Assembly: GCA_031973615.1 (NCBI GenBank)
Contig: DALYCS010000001.1
Location: 6,708-70,707 of the forward strand
Origin: Flavobacterium sp.
GTDB lineage: Bacteria; Bacteroidota; Bacteroidia; Flavobacteriales; Flavobacteriaceae
Direction: 5' to 3'
Length of the DNA: 64,000 nt
The notes below the pieces were generated by a model that saw nothing but the letters and a program-made list of their open reading frames with translations, did not search any database and had not been told where the DNA came from. Position 1 is the stretch's first letter. Each line of letters starts with the position of its first letter. Below, piece by piece: positions 1-9,880 of the stretch. The translations under genes and the position numbers were made by a program.

Positions 1-72
1 AGAATACAAAAACATATTAACAATTTTTGGAACAAATAAAAAAAGCTGTATTTTTACGAAAAATAATCTATT

Positions 73-1077
73 ATGAGTGCAGATAAAGAAGCCAAATTAA
101 AAGCCTTACAATTAACGTTAGACAAACTGGACAAAACCTACGGAAAAGGTACCGTAATGAAATTAGGCGATAGCGCCGTTGAAGAGGTAGATTCTATCCC
201 TTCAGGTTCATTAGGTGTTGACTTAGCTTTAGGAGTAAACGGCTACCCAAGAGGTAGAGTTATTGAAATTTATGGCCCAGAGTCATCCGGTAAAACTACG
301 TTAACCTTACACGCCATTGCTGAAGCTCAAAAAGCAGGTGGAATTGCAGCATTTATCGATGCTGAACACGCTTTCGATCGTTTTTATGCCGAAAAATTAG
401 GTGTTGATATTGATAATTTAATCATTTCACAACCTGATAACGGAGAGCAAGCGCTTGAAATTGCAGAAAGTTTAATTCGCTCTGGAGCAGTAGACATTGT
501 TGTCATTGACTCGGTTGCGGCTTTAACGCCCAAAAGCGAAATCGAAGGCGATATGGGAGATAGCAAAATGGGATTACATGCTCGTTTGATGTCGCAAGCC
601 TTGAGAAAATTAACCGGAACCATTCACAAAACCAATTGTACGGTATTCTTCATCAACCAGTTGCGTGATAAAATTGGGGTGATGTTTGGAAGTCCAGAAA
701 CTACAACTGGTGGAAATGCGTTGAAATTTTATGCTTCAGTGCGAATTGATATTAGAAAATCGACTCAAATTAAAGACGGAGACAACGTATTAGGAAATAG
801 AACCAAAGTTAAAATTGTTAAAAATAAAGTGGCACCACCTTTTAGAACGGCAGAATTTGACATCATGTATGGGGAAGGAATTTCTAAAGTAGGTGAGGTA
901 CTTGACTTAGCTGTTGAATTTGAAATCATCAAAAAAAGTGGGTCATGGTTCAGTTATGGGGAAACCAAATTAGGACAAGGTAGAGATGCTGTAAAAGTGA
1001 TGATCAAAGATAATCCGGAATTAATGGACGAACTGGAAATGAAAATTAAGGAAACCATTAAAGAAAATAATGCATAA
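73..1077 (+). CDS. recA: Recombinase RecA
   Basis: Walker [22 protein letters not shown] and [12 protein letters not shown] motifs. Confidence 0.99.
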   Translation: MSADKEAKLKALQLTLDKLDKTYGKGTVMKLGDSAVEEVDSIPSGSLGVDLALGVNGYPRGRVIEIYGPESSGKTTLTLHAIAEAQKAGGIAAFIDAEHAFDRFYAEKLGVDIDNLIISQPDNGEQALEIAESLIRSGAVDIVVIDSVAALTPKSEIEGDMGDSKMGLHARLMSQALRKLTGTIHKTNCTVFFINQLRDKIGVMFGSPETTTGGNALKFYASVRIDIRKSTQIKDGDNVLGNRTKVKIVKNKVAPPFRTAEFDIMYGEGISKVGEVLDLAVEFEIIKKSGSWFSYGETKLGQGRDAVKVMIKDNPELMDELEMKIKETIKENNA

Positions 1078-1078
1078 A

Positions 1079-1110
1079 TAAAAAATCACGCTTAGAGCGT
1101 GATTTTTTTT
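1079..1110. terminator. Bidirectional intrinsic terminator between recA and the convergent acyltransferase
   Basis: AAAAATCACGCT-tag-AGCGTGATTTTT hairpin with A-tract and T-tract flanks. Confidence 0.85.
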
Positions 1111-1840
1111 ATACATCAGATTCTAATGCAGATAAAATCATTTTTCTAGCTTGCTGTTTCAATTCGTTTTTATCCCCAAGGGTTTTTCCTTGGGTAAGAA
1201 TAATAGGTAAAATTTTTGCCCGCATTTTCCCAGGACTTCCACTAAAAAAAGTATAGGAAAATCGTTTCTTATTATCGTAAAAAACCATCGGCACAATCGG
1301 CAATTGGTGTTCAATCGCAATGCGAAAAGCGCCGTCTTTAAATTCGTCCAAGACAATGTGTTCTTCAGGTACGCCACCTTCAGGAAATATACAAATACTC
1401 AGACCTTGCTGGATTCTTTTTTGTGCTCGTTCAAAAACTTGAAAGCGACTTTTACTACTGTTTCGATCGACTAAAATACATACGCGTTTGTATATAAAAC
1501 CAAAAATTGGAATTTGGGCCAACTCTTTTTTACCCACAAAAACAAACGGGTGGTTTTTTACCAAAACGAGCATCAGCATAATATCGGTCATGGAAGTATG
1601 ATTGGCAACCAATACATAACTTTTCCCTTCCTCAAAAACATCTGAACCCGAAATTTTATAGTTAAATCCCATTCCTATTAAAATAATTTTTGCCCAAATA
1701 CGAGCAATTTTAAAAAACAAAGGGTAGGTTTTTTCGCTTAGTATTGTGGCAAGAATTACTGGGAAAAAGACAACAATTGGAACAAATACCAATACATAAT
1801 ACCAAATGCGATACAGTAAATAAAGTGGGTATTTGATCAT
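1109..1840 (-). CDS. 1-acyl-sn-glycerol-3-phosphate (lysophospholipid) acyltransferase, PlsC family
   Basis: NHTSMTD (NHxxxxD) and IFPEG motifs; hydrophobic N-terminus. Confidence 0.92.
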   Translation of the reverse strand: MIKYPLYLLYRIWYYVLVFVPIVVFFPVILATILSEKTYPLFFKIARIWAKIILIGMGFNYKISGSDVFEEGKSYVLVANHTSMTDIMLMLVLVKNHPFVFVGKKELAQIPIFGFIYKRVCILVDRNSSKSRFQVFERAQKRIQQGLSICIFPEGGVPEEHIVLDEFKDGAFRIAIEHQLPIVPMVFYDNKKRFSYTFFSGSPGKMRAKILPIILTQGKTLGDKNELKQQARKMILSALESDV

Positions 1841-1963
1841 TTTGATTCGTTTGACAATTATAGCAATCCAAAAGTAATCATTTTAATAAAACTGAACTCT
1901 TTTTACTTTTGGGTTTTTGCTTTACATTTGCAATTCAGTTTCGTAATTAATACGCTTGGCGAA

Positions 1964-1971
1964 TAACTTTG
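1964..1971 (+). promoter_or_regulatory. Bacteroidota sigma-A -7 element for trpS
   Basis: TAACTTTG matches TAnnTTTG, 15 nt before the ATG. Confidence 0.55.
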
Positions 1972-1986
1972 CAATACAAATAGACA

Positions 1987-2958
1987 ATGGCAAAAATATT
2001 AACAGGAATTCAAAGTACCGGCACGCCTCACTTAGGTAATTTATTGGGCGCGATTTTGCCTGCAATACAAATGGCTAATAATCCGGCGAATGCTTCGTTT
2101 TTATTTATCGCCGATTTGCATTCTATTACACAAATTAAAAACGGTGCCGAACTCAAACACAACACCTACAGCACGGCTGCTGCATGGTTAGCTTGCGGAT
2201 TAGATACGAAAAAAGCCGTATTTTACAGACAATCGGATGTGCCACAAACGGCAGAGTTGTCATGGTATTTGAGCTGTTTTTTTCCGTTCCAACGGTTAAC
2301 TTTGGCCCATTCCTTTAAAGATAAAGCCGACCGTTTAGAAGATGTGAATGCAGGTTTGTTTACCTATCCGATGCTTATGGCTGCTGATATTTTATTGTAC
2401 GACGCCGAAATTGTTCCGGTAGGGAAAGATCAAATGCAACATTTAGAAATTACTAGAGATGTGGCTTCTAGATTTAACCATCAAATGGGTGAAACGTTTG
2501 TATTGCCGGAAGGAAAAACAAGTGAAGATACCATGTTAATTCCGGGAACAGACGGGCAAAAAATGAGCAAATCTCGAAACAATATCATCAATATTTTTCT
2601 AGACGATAAAGCCTTATTGAAACAAATAAAGGCAATTGAAACCGACAGTACGCCGCTCGAAGAGCCGAAAAATCCGGACACTTGTAATGTATTTGCGTTG
2701 TATAAATTATTGGCAACTACAGATCAAGTGGCTGAATTGCGTGGCAAATATGAAGCTGGAAATTTTGGTTATGGTCATGCCAAACAAGCACTTTTTGATT
2801 TGATCGTTGAAAAATTTGCCTCAGAAAGAGAAAAATACAATTACTACATCAACAATCTAGATGAACTAGATGCTTTACTACAAGAGGGTGCTGCCAAAGC
2901 AAGTAGTGTTGCAAGTGGTGTTTTGAAAAGAGTGCGAGAAAAGTTGGGTTACGAATAA
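1987..2958 (+). CDS. trpS: Tryptophan--tRNA ligase
   Basis: TGIQSTGTPHLGN (HIGH-like), YPMLMAADIL, VPVGKDQ and KMSKS motifs. Confidence 0.98.
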   Translation: MAKILTGIQSTGTPHLGNLLGAILPAIQMANNPANASFLFIADLHSITQIKNGAELKHNTYSTAAAWLACGLDTKKAVFYRQSDVPQTAELSWYLSCFFPFQRLTLAHSFKDKADRLEDVNAGLFTYPMLMAADILLYDAEIVPVGKDQMQHLEITRDVASRFNHQMGETFVLPEGKTSEDTMLIPGTDGQKMSKSRNNIINIFLDDKALLKQIKAIETDSTPLEEPKNPDTCNVFALYKLLATTDQVAELRGKYEAGNFGYGHAKQALFDLIVEKFASEREKYNYYINNLDELDALLQEGAAKASSVASGVLKRVREKLGYE

Positions 2959-3004
2959 TTTGTCATCCTATTTCGAAGAAACTATACCCATTTCCAATTG
3001 TCCA

Positions 3005-4117
3005 TCAAACCGCCTCAAACATTTTTCCGGGTAACGGTCGTATTACTCCTTGTAATTCCATATTCAACAAAAGAGATGACAGCCGATAAATAGGCATATT
3101 GCACGTTAATGCAAGAACATCTATTGCTTCTTTCCCTGATTTTTGAAGGGCGTTATAAATGGTTTGCTCTTCGGCTGTTAGCGTAACAAAAAGTTGTTTC
3201 TGTATGGACTTCTGTTCGATTTTTGAAACTGTCGGAAGCTCCCAATTCAATAGGTATATTAAATCTGCTGCCGAAGTAAGTAAGTTGGCGCGCTGCGTTT
3301 TGATCAACTGATTGCAGCCTTGACTAAATTTATCGGTGCTTCTTCCAGGAACGGCAAACACATCTCGATTGTAATCATTAGCTAAATTTGCGGTGACTAA
3401 TGATCCTCCTTTTTCGGCGCTTTCAATGACTATGGTTGCTTCACTCATTCCGGCGACAATTCGATTGCGTTTGATAAAATTTTCTTTATCGGGCTGGCTG
3501 CTGCTCCAAAACTCGGTAATGAATCCGCCGTTTTGTTCCATTTTTACGCTATACTTTTTATGTGTTTTGGGATACATTTGATTCAATCCGTGCGCTAATA
3601 CACCTATCGTTTGCAAACCACAGTCCATGGCTATTTGATGGGCATAAATATCTACACCATAGGCAAAACCACTCACAATTATCGGTTGTAAGGGCACCAA
3701 ATCTTCAATAAGTTTCTTCGTAACTTCAGCGCCGTAACTGGTCATTTGGCGTGTTCCAACGATGCTGATTATTTTTCGATTCTGTAAATCAACCGTGCCC
3801 GATTGAAACAAGAGCACAGGACTATCATAACAATGTTTTAAGCGAAAAGGATACTTTTCGTCTTGAAAATACAACGGGGAAATTTGCTCTTTTGAAAGAA
3901 ATTGGAGTTCGGCATCGGCTTTTGCAAAAACCGCTTTGTTGTGTAGGTTTTTGACCAGGGTTGCGCCAATGCTTTCAATTTTTTGGAGTTGGGATTTTTT
4001 AGCAGCAAACACTTCCTCGGCATTACCGCAGTAATGAATGAGTTTTTTAGCGAGCACGTCGCCCACTCCTTCTACTTGCAACAGGGCAAGGGTATAAAAT
4101 AATTCTGACGTTTTCAT
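3005..4117 (-). CDS. dprA: DNA-processing protein DprA; likely start is the ATG at 4117 rather than 4195
   Basis: IVGTR, IVSGFAYGVD, RNRIVAG, GGSLVTA and VFAVPG motifs; C-terminal winged helix. Confidence 0.95.
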   Translation of the reverse strand: MKTSELFYTLALLQVEGVGDVLAKKLIHYCGNAEEVFAAKKSQLQKIESIGATLVKNLHNKAVFAKADAELQFLSKEQISPLYFQDEKYPFRLKHCYDSPVLLFQSGTVDLQNRKIISIVGTRQMTSYGAEVTKKLIEDLVPLQPIIVSGFAYGVDIYAHQIAMDCGLQTIGVLAHGLNQMYPKTHKKYSVKMEQNGGFITEFWSSSQPDKENFIKRNRIVAGMSEATIVIESAEKGGSLVTANLANDYNRDVFAVPGRSTDKFSQGCNQLIKTQRANLLTSAADLIYLLNWELPTVSKIEQKSIQKQLFVTLTAEEQTIYNALQKSGKEAIDVLALTCNMPIYRLSSLLLNMELQGVIRPLPGKMFEAV

Positions 4118-4312
4118 GGCGTGTAAAATTTGATTCGGCTTATAATGGAACCACAAAAATACTAGTTTTAAGTTGCCTTGCAAAACAAAAGACAAATGGG
4201 AATCAAAAAAAGTAACTAATTTGTTATCAATTGTTTAGAACAAAACTAAAATTGTTAATAATTTTTGTTGATAAAATTTTGAAATTCATCTTGATTATAT
4301 AACTTTGTTGTT

Positions 4313-5245
4313 ATGCAGATAGAAAAACACATATCCGATTTATTATATCGTTATCAGTGCGTTACCGTGCCGGGTTTTGGTGCGTTTTTAACCGAAATTA
4401 TCCCTGCGCATGTTACGGGAAGCGCCAGTTCGTTTTTTCCGCCTAAAAAGGTGGTTTCATTCAATGCGAATGTAAAAAATAACGATGGTTTGTTAGCCAA
4501 TCATGTGGCATTGCAAGAAAAAATGTCTTATGAATTAGCCGTTATCAAAATTAACGAAGTGGTTAACGAATGGTCGTATTTGTTGCAAAATCGCAACCGT
4601 GTTGTAGTAAAAAACATCGGTGAAATTTCCGTAAATAATGAAATGAATTGGGTGTTTGAACCCTCTAATACCGTTAATTATTTAACCGATGCTTTTGGAT
4701 TATCCTCTTTTGTTTCTCCTGAAATCACAAGAGAAGTATTATTAAAGCAAGTGGAGGCTTTAGAAGAAAGAGCGCCTATTGTTTTTACACCTCAACGAAA
4801 AAGAAATTATTCGTATTTAAAATATGCAGCTGTACTTACCTTAATGTTAGGGGCTGGAACTTTTGGATATAAAGTACATTATGACCAACAAATCATGGAA
4901 CAAACCCTGATCGTTGAGAAAAAAGTGCAAGAAAAAGTACAACAGCAAATTCAAGAAGCTACCTTTGTGCTTTCCAATCCAATGCCTTCTGTGGCACTTG
5001 CGTTGCCAGAAGAAAAACTACCGTATCATTTAGTGGCTGGCGCCTATAGAAGTGAAGAAAACGCCAATAAAGCAATTGCGGAATTAGTGGCTTCAGGTTT
5101 TGAAAAAGCTAAAATGTTACCCTTAAACAAACACGGTTTGTATCCTGTCGTTTTTGCAAGTTTTAAAACACTAAAAGAAGCGCAAGCCGAACGCAAAGCC
5201 ATACAAAAATCACATAATGCAGAAGCTTGGTTATTGATTGACTAA
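4313..5245 (+). CDS. HU/CCDC81-like domains + transmembrane helix + SPOR domain protein
   Basis: N-terminal CVTVPGFGAF and NDGLLAN motifs typical of Bacteroidota HU-CCDC81 proteins; TM segment YAAVLTLMLGAG; C-terminal YHLVAGAYRSEENA...AWLL SPOR-like domain. Confidence 0.8.
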   Translation: MQIEKHISDLLYRYQCVTVPGFGAFLTEIIPAHVTGSASSFFPPKKVVSFNANVKNNDGLLANHVALQEKMSYELAVIKINEVVNEWSYLLQNRNRVVVKNIGEISVNNEMNWVFEPSNTVNYLTDAFGLSSFVSPEITREVLLKQVEALEERAPIVFTPQRKRNYSYLKYAAVLTLMLGAGTFGYKVHYDQQIMEQTLIVEKKVQEKVQQQIQEATFVLSNPMPSVALALPEEKLPYHLVAGAYRSEENANKAIAELVASGFEKAKMLPLNKHGLYPVVFASFKTLKEAQAERKAIQKSHNAEAWLLID

Positions 5246-5270
5246 GCAATTGCACGTTTTAATCCCAACT

Positions 5271-5296
5271 AAAAATCCCAATTTTGGGATTTTTTT
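5271..5296 (+). terminator. Intrinsic terminator after the SPOR gene
   Basis: AAAAATCCCAA-t-TTTGGGATTTTTTT hairpin with T-tract. Confidence 0.65.
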
Positions 5297-5341
5297 ATGC
5301 TTTTTAATCACGATTTCCGTAGTATCTTTGCAAAAAAAACA

Positions 5342-5854
5342 ATGCAGCCAAAATTTCCATCAGAATCGGTAACCACTTTGACCGACTTAGTGTTGCCCGG
5401 AGAAACCAATCCTTTGAACAACTTGTTTGGGGGCGAATTATTAGCGCGTATGGATCGTGCCGCTAGTATTACGGCCCGCAGACATTCCCGCAGAATTTGT
5501 GTAACCGCTTCGGTAAACCATGTGGCATTTAACAGAGCCATTCCGTTAGGAAGTGTGGTAACAGTAGAATCGAAAGTTTCAAGAACGTTCAACACCTCCA
5601 TGGAAATCTTTATTGATGTGTGGATCGAAGACCGCGAATCGGGAATAAAAAACAAAGCCAACGAAGCCATTTATACGTTTGTGGCAGTGGATGAAACCGG
5701 AAGGCCCATTCCTGTGCCGCCAATTGAGCCCGAAACCGAATTGGAAAAACAACGCTATGACGCCGCTTTACGAAGAAAACAATTAAGCTTAGTCTTGGCC
5801 GGAAAAATGAAACCCCACGAGGCAACCGAATTAAAAGCGTTGTTTACAGAATAA
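5342..5854 (+). CDS. Acyl-CoA thioesterase (hotdog fold, YciA-like); likely start ATG 5342
   Basis: NPLNNLFGGELLARMD and VTASV motifs; TATCTTTG -7 element at 5323-5330 lies inside the longer ORF, favouring the later start. Confidence 0.9.
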   Translation: MQPKFPSESVTTLTDLVLPGETNPLNNLFGGELLARMDRAASITARRHSRRICVTASVNHVAFNRAIPLGSVVTVESKVSRTFNTSMEIFIDVWIEDRESGIKNKANEAIYTFVAVDETGRPIPVPPIEPETELEKQRYDAALRRKQLSLVLAGKMKPHEATELKALFTE

Positions 5855-5860
5855 AAAACG

Positions 5861-5890
5861 AAAGCCTACTTACTTTATGAGTAGGCTTTT
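5861..5890. terminator. Bidirectional terminator
   Basis: AAAGCCTACT...AGTAGGCTTT hairpin between convergent genes. Confidence 0.8.
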
Positions 5891-5893
5891 TAT

Positions 5894-6592
5894 TTAATTC
5901 GCGCTTTCTAAAGCATATTCGGGATAGGTTTCATGGAGATATGCTTCTGCTTTTTTAGGGATTTCTACAACCATAATATATTCTATTAATATCAAAGAAA
6001 CAAGAAGAAAACTAATGGCTAAAACACCAAGAGAATTCTCTAATACTTTTTCTGAATGCAGCATAATTTGAATGGGCAAATAAATCATTCCAACGATAGA
6101 AGAACGCCCCAAAATAATTTCTTTTAATAGCCATTTTTTATGTGTTGCAGCATTTGCTTTTTTGTTTTTATTTGCAAAATATATAATAAAGAAATAAAAG
6201 CTTAAAATAATTATTCCAAAAGCAACGAGTACAACATCTGCTTTATATAATGCGATATTTAATAGAAAGTAGGTTAACCCAACTAAAATAGTTGTTAAAA
6301 TAATTTTAGGTATTGTAAAAAACGCCTTAAAATGCTTCCAAATAATGCCGTTGTATTTTTTATTTAAAGCCGCTTGACGCTTTTCTACTACATCCATAAA
6401 CCCAAACACGCCAAATTTTTTAAATTCTTTTTGCAAGGCTTCTTCAAACGAAATTTTTGGATTTTCTTGCCATTGTTGTTCAATAGCATTTGCCAAATGG
6501 TCCACTAATTCGGTTTGTAAATCATACCATTCTACATAATGTTGGCGTGTGAATTGGTAAAGACGGTTTACTTGTTCGGGGGTGAGTTTCAT
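5894..6592 (-). CDS. Hypothetical membrane protein (helical N-terminal domain + about 4 TM), paralog of the upstream gene
   Basis: MKLT...YDLQTELVDHLANAIEQ N-terminus, then hydrophobic segments. Confidence 0.8.
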   Translation of the reverse strand: MKLTPEQVNRLYQFTRQHYVEWYDLQTELVDHLANAIEQQWQENPKISFEEALQKEFKKFGVFGFMDVVEKRQAALNKKYNGIIWKHFKAFFTIPKIILTTILVGLTYFLLNIALYKADVVLVAFGIIILSFYFFIIYFANKNKKANAATHKKWLLKEIILGRSSIVGMIYLPIQIMLHSEKVLENSLGVLAISFLLVSLILIEYIMVVEIPKKAEAYLHETYPEYALESAN

Positions 6593-7212
6593 TAGACTAG
6601 TTGTTTTTGATTTTTGTTAAATTTATAAACCTCTTTACCGAAATAAACAACATACGCTATAATAATATAACTGAACAATGTCAAAGTAACATTTAAAGGA
6701 ATTTCATCGTTATGCTGATTCATAAAAAACATTTGCAGATAGTAAATAAAGACCAATAAACCGCCTAGCTTTTCCAAAACAAAAAATCTTTGCTTCAAAA
6801 TTAAACGAAAATAGATAAGTTGAAAAAATGCTAGAATAATCATGAACACAAAGAAAAGATTTCTAATAGTAAATGATTCTGAAAAATAACTAAAAGTCGC
6901 TACATTTTTATAGAAAAAATAAAAAGAAACACCTATTACAATGATAATTGGATGAAGTAAAAACTTCAAAAAATTTAATGTTATATCTTTTGAAAAGCCA
7001 GGCCATAATTTATTTCCTTTCAAAATTTCCATTTTATTCGCTACCATATAACTTTTAAAAGCGTGATAAAAATCTAAATTTTCAGCTTCCATTTTTTGTT
7101 CTACTGCGGTTGCTACGTGATCGAGCATTTCCATGCGAATATCGTAATAAATAACTTCACAGTTTTTTAGATAATTGTCTATGAAATGAATGTTATCTGT
7201 CGTCAACTTCAT
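6592..7212 (-). CDS. Hypothetical membrane protein (helical N-terminal domain + about 4 TM)
   Basis: MKLT...YDIRMEMLDHVATAVEQ N-terminus; its stop overlaps the next start by 1 bp. Confidence 0.8.
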   Translation of the reverse strand: MKLTTDNIHFIDNYLKNCEVIYYDIRMEMLDHVATAVEQKMEAENLDFYHAFKSYMVANKMEILKGNKLWPGFSKDITLNFLKFLLHPIIIVIGVSFYFFYKNVATFSYFSESFTIRNLFFVFMIILAFFQLIYFRLILKQRFFVLEKLGGLLVFIYYLQMFFMNQHNDEIPLNVTLTLFSYIIIAYVVYFGKEVYKFNKNQKQLV

Positions 7213-7213
7213 C

Positions 7214-7549
7214 TTAATAACTCAATTTAGGATTTACAATAGTTTGCATGTTTTTGATAAATTCTTCCAATTCAGACAAACGATTAACCGTTTCTGTGGT
7301 GCCTTTTTCGGTGAGTTTGTAGTATTTTCTTAAACGGTTGTCTGCTTTTTCTACCTCAACATCAAGCAAACCATCGGCTTCCAATTTATGCAACGCAGGG
7401 TATAACGCGCCTTCGGTAATGTTCAATTCGCCTTTGGTGATTTCTTTTACTTTTTGCGTAATTTCATAGCCATACATTCTGCCTTTTTCTTCTAAAAGCT
7501 TCATGATGATAGTGTTTAAACTGCCTTTGTATAATTGTGAGTTTTTCAT
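7214..7549 (-). CDS. PadR family transcriptional regulator; likely start ATG 7549
   Basis: MYGYEI, EGALYPALHKLE and RKYYKLTEKG winged-helix signature. Confidence 0.93.
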   Translation of the reverse strand: MKNSQLYKGSLNTIIMKLLEEKGRMYGYEITQKVKEITKGELNITEGALYPALHKLEADGLLDVEVEKADNRLRKYYKLTEKGTTETVNRLSELEEFIKNMQTIVNPKLSY

Positions 7550-7570
7550 TTTACTTAATATTTGAAAAAA

Positions 7571-7613
7571 CAAATATATACATAATTTTCTTATGCATAA
7601 CTCTCTTACGTAT
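7571..7613 (-). promoter_or_regulatory. padR promoter (-7 TATATTTG on minus strand, 7571-7578) with two overlapping palindromic operators
   Basis: ATACATAA-N5-TTATGCAT (7578-7598) and ATGCATAA-N5-TTACGTAT (7593-7613). Confidence 0.65.
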
Positions 7614-7732
7614 ATTTATTAAAATGAAATTCAAAAGCAGAAATTTTAATAATCAGAACATCCAAAATCTAAAATCAATTTTCTGTGCGCTATTTTCTTG
7701 ATAAATAGTATTTTTGTAAAAAATAAACTCAA

Positions 7733-8785
7733 ATGTCATCATTTTATAAACTTGCTATAAAAGAAATTATTCGTGAAACTGCTGATGCTGTTTCTATACT
7801 TTTTAATGTTCCCGAAGAATTACAGTCCAATTACTCCTTTGTTGCCGGACAGTATGTAAACTTAAAAGTTACCTTGGACGGACAAGAAATAAGAAGAGCC
7901 TATTCCATTTGTGCTGCTCCAAAAAGTGGTGAATTGCGCATCGCTGTGAAATCGGTTAAAAATGGTTTTTTTTCCAAGTTTGCCAATGAAAAATTAAGCG
8001 TGGGCAACGTCATCGAAGTGGGCACTCCCGAAGGGAAATTTACGTTTGAACCCAAAGCGGATCGCCAAAAAAACTACGCAGCGTTTGTGGTGGGAAGCGG
8101 AATTACACCAGTATTTTCAATTTTAAAATCGGTTTTAGAAGAAGAACCAAACAGTACGTTTGTATTAGTTTACGGAAATAAATCAGAAAAAGACACCATT
8201 TTTCACAACCAATTACACGACTTACAGTTGCAATATGTAGGGCGTTTGTTCGTACAATATGTATACAGTCAATCTACTGCTGATACTGCTTTGTTGGGTA
8301 GAATTGATAAATCAACGGTAAACTTCATCTTGAAAAACAAACATTCCGAAATGGAATTTTCAAAATGCTTTTTGTGCGGACCTGAAGAAATGATCAATTT
8401 AGTTTCGGATGCGTTGAAAGAAAACAACATTTCAAGTTCAGATATTAAATTTGAATTATTTTCAACCCGTTCAAACGATAACGAAACGAATACTGGCGCT
8501 AATGGTCATACTAAGATATCTATTTTAGTAGATAGTGAAGAAACGACTTTTGAAATGAGTCAGCAACAAACTTTATTAGAAGCGGCTTTAAAACAAGGCT
8601 TAGACGTGCCGTATTCTTGTCAAGGAGGTATTTGCAGCAGCTGTATTTGTAAAATTACCGAAGGTGCTGCGGAGATGAAGAAAAACCAAATTTTAAATGA
8701 ATCTGAAGTAGCCGAAGGATTAACATTAGCGTGTCAAGCTTATCCAACAACGACATCCATTAAAATTGATTTTGATGATGTATAA
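7733..8785 (+). CDS. Ferredoxin--NAD(P) reductase with C-terminal 2Fe-2S domain (PaaE-like)
   Basis: RRAYSI FAD motif, GSGITP NAD motif, LCGP, and CQGGICSSC...LACQ 2Fe-2S motif. Confidence 0.92.
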   Translation: MSSFYKLAIKEIIRETADAVSILFNVPEELQSNYSFVAGQYVNLKVTLDGQEIRRAYSICAAPKSGELRIAVKSVKNGFFSKFANEKLSVGNVIEVGTPEGKFTFEPKADRQKNYAAFVVGSGITPVFSILKSVLEEEPNSTFVLVYGNKSEKDTIFHNQLHDLQLQYVGRLFVQYVYSQSTADTALLGRIDKSTVNFILKNKHSEMEFSKCFLCGPEEMINLVSDALKENNISSSDIKFELFSTRSNDNETNTGANGHTKISILVDSEETTFEMSQQQTLLEAALKQGLDVPYSCQGGICSSCICKITEGAAEMKKNQILNESEVAEGLTLACQAYPTTTSIKIDFDDV

Positions 8786-8823
8786 TAATTAAATTTAATA
8801 AAAATTCCAAATTCCAATTTTAT

Positions 8824-9876
8824 CTAGGTAAGATTGGAATTTATTTTTTCAATGACCTGAGAAGGTAAAATCGTTCGCATTACCTCATCATAACCTTCCA
8901 CTTTTTTGTTTCCGTAAATAGATGTGGGTAATAATGGAAATTGTGCTTTGTCGGAAGTCAAACAAAAATCATCGGGTTGATTGAAGGGTTTAAAGCCGGC
9001 ATAAGGATGCGTAGCGCCCCAAAGTGTAATTACTTTCACGCCCAGCATCGCAGCAATATGTGCATTTCCAGAATCCATGGAAAGCATCACATCCAAATTG
9101 GAAATTAATTGTAATTCGGCTTCAAAGGATACTTTACCTGCAACAACAAACACATTGTCATGCTTGTTTTGTAATGCCTTTAGTTTCTGAATTTCTGTGG
9201 CGCCTCCGCCAAATAAAAAAAGGTGATTGTTTTTATTTTCAGCCAAGGCATCAATAACTTGTTGCATGAGATCCTGAGGGTATACTTTACTTTCGTATTG
9301 CGCAAAAGGAGCAATTCCAATGGCATTGCTTTTAGAGATATCGGAGGTTACGCCCAGTTGTTTTAGCACCTCTTCCGTTAAAATAGTTTTTTCAGGAAAT
9401 TTTGGATGCGTTACATCAATTGAAAAGCCAAGTTGTTTGAAGGTATCCACATGTCTTTCCGACATTGATTTCACTGGTGCAAAAACTTTGTTGGTTAAAC
9501 TAGTTAAGGCTTTCTTTTCGGCTCTTCCTTTGTCGGTTGCGGCGACTTTTTTTCCGCTTAACACGAATAGTGTTCGAACTATTTTAGAACGAAGCACGTT
9601 GTGCAAATCGGCAACCAAATCTACTTCCAATTTACGTAAATCAAAAAATAAACGCAATAAACCAACAAAACCTTTGTGGCGTTGGTTCAAATCTACCCCA
9701 AAGAAATTCACATTGGGAATTCCTTCAAAAAATGGTTGGAAAAAAGGCCGAGAAACTAACGTTATTTTTACTTCCGGATATTGCAAAACTAAGGCTCTCA
9801 ACACAGGAACAGTCATTGCGACATCACCCATGGCTGAGAGCCTTATTACCAATATATGTTTTGGTTTAGACCGCAA
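8824..9876 (-). CDS. Glycosyltransferase family 9 (heptosyltransferase-like)
   Basis: IRLSAMGDVAMT, DLHNVLRS and MDSGNAHIAA motifs. Confidence 0.92.
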   Translation of the reverse strand: MRSKPKHILVIRLSAMGDVAMTVPVLRALVLQYPEVKITLVSRPFFQPFFEGIPNVNFFGVDLNQRHKGFVGLLRLFFDLRKLEVDLVADLHNVLRSKIVRTLFVLSGKKVAATDKGRAEKKALTSLTNKVFAPVKSMSERHVDTFKQLGFSIDVTHPKFPEKTILTEEVLKQLGVTSDISKSNAIGIAPFAQYESKVYPQDLMQQVIDALAENKNNHLFLFGGGATEIQKLKALQNKHDNVFVVAGKVSFEAELQLISNLDVMLSMDSGNAHIAAMLGVKVITLWGATHPYAGFKPFNQPDDFCLTSDKAQFPLLPTSIYGNKKVEGYDEVMRTILPSQVIEKINSNLT

Positions 9877-9880
9877 TAGT

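Noticed and set aside
1..72. SOS/LexA box upstream of recA
   Set aside because: No convincing palindrome in the 72 bp available; the region is cut by the window edge
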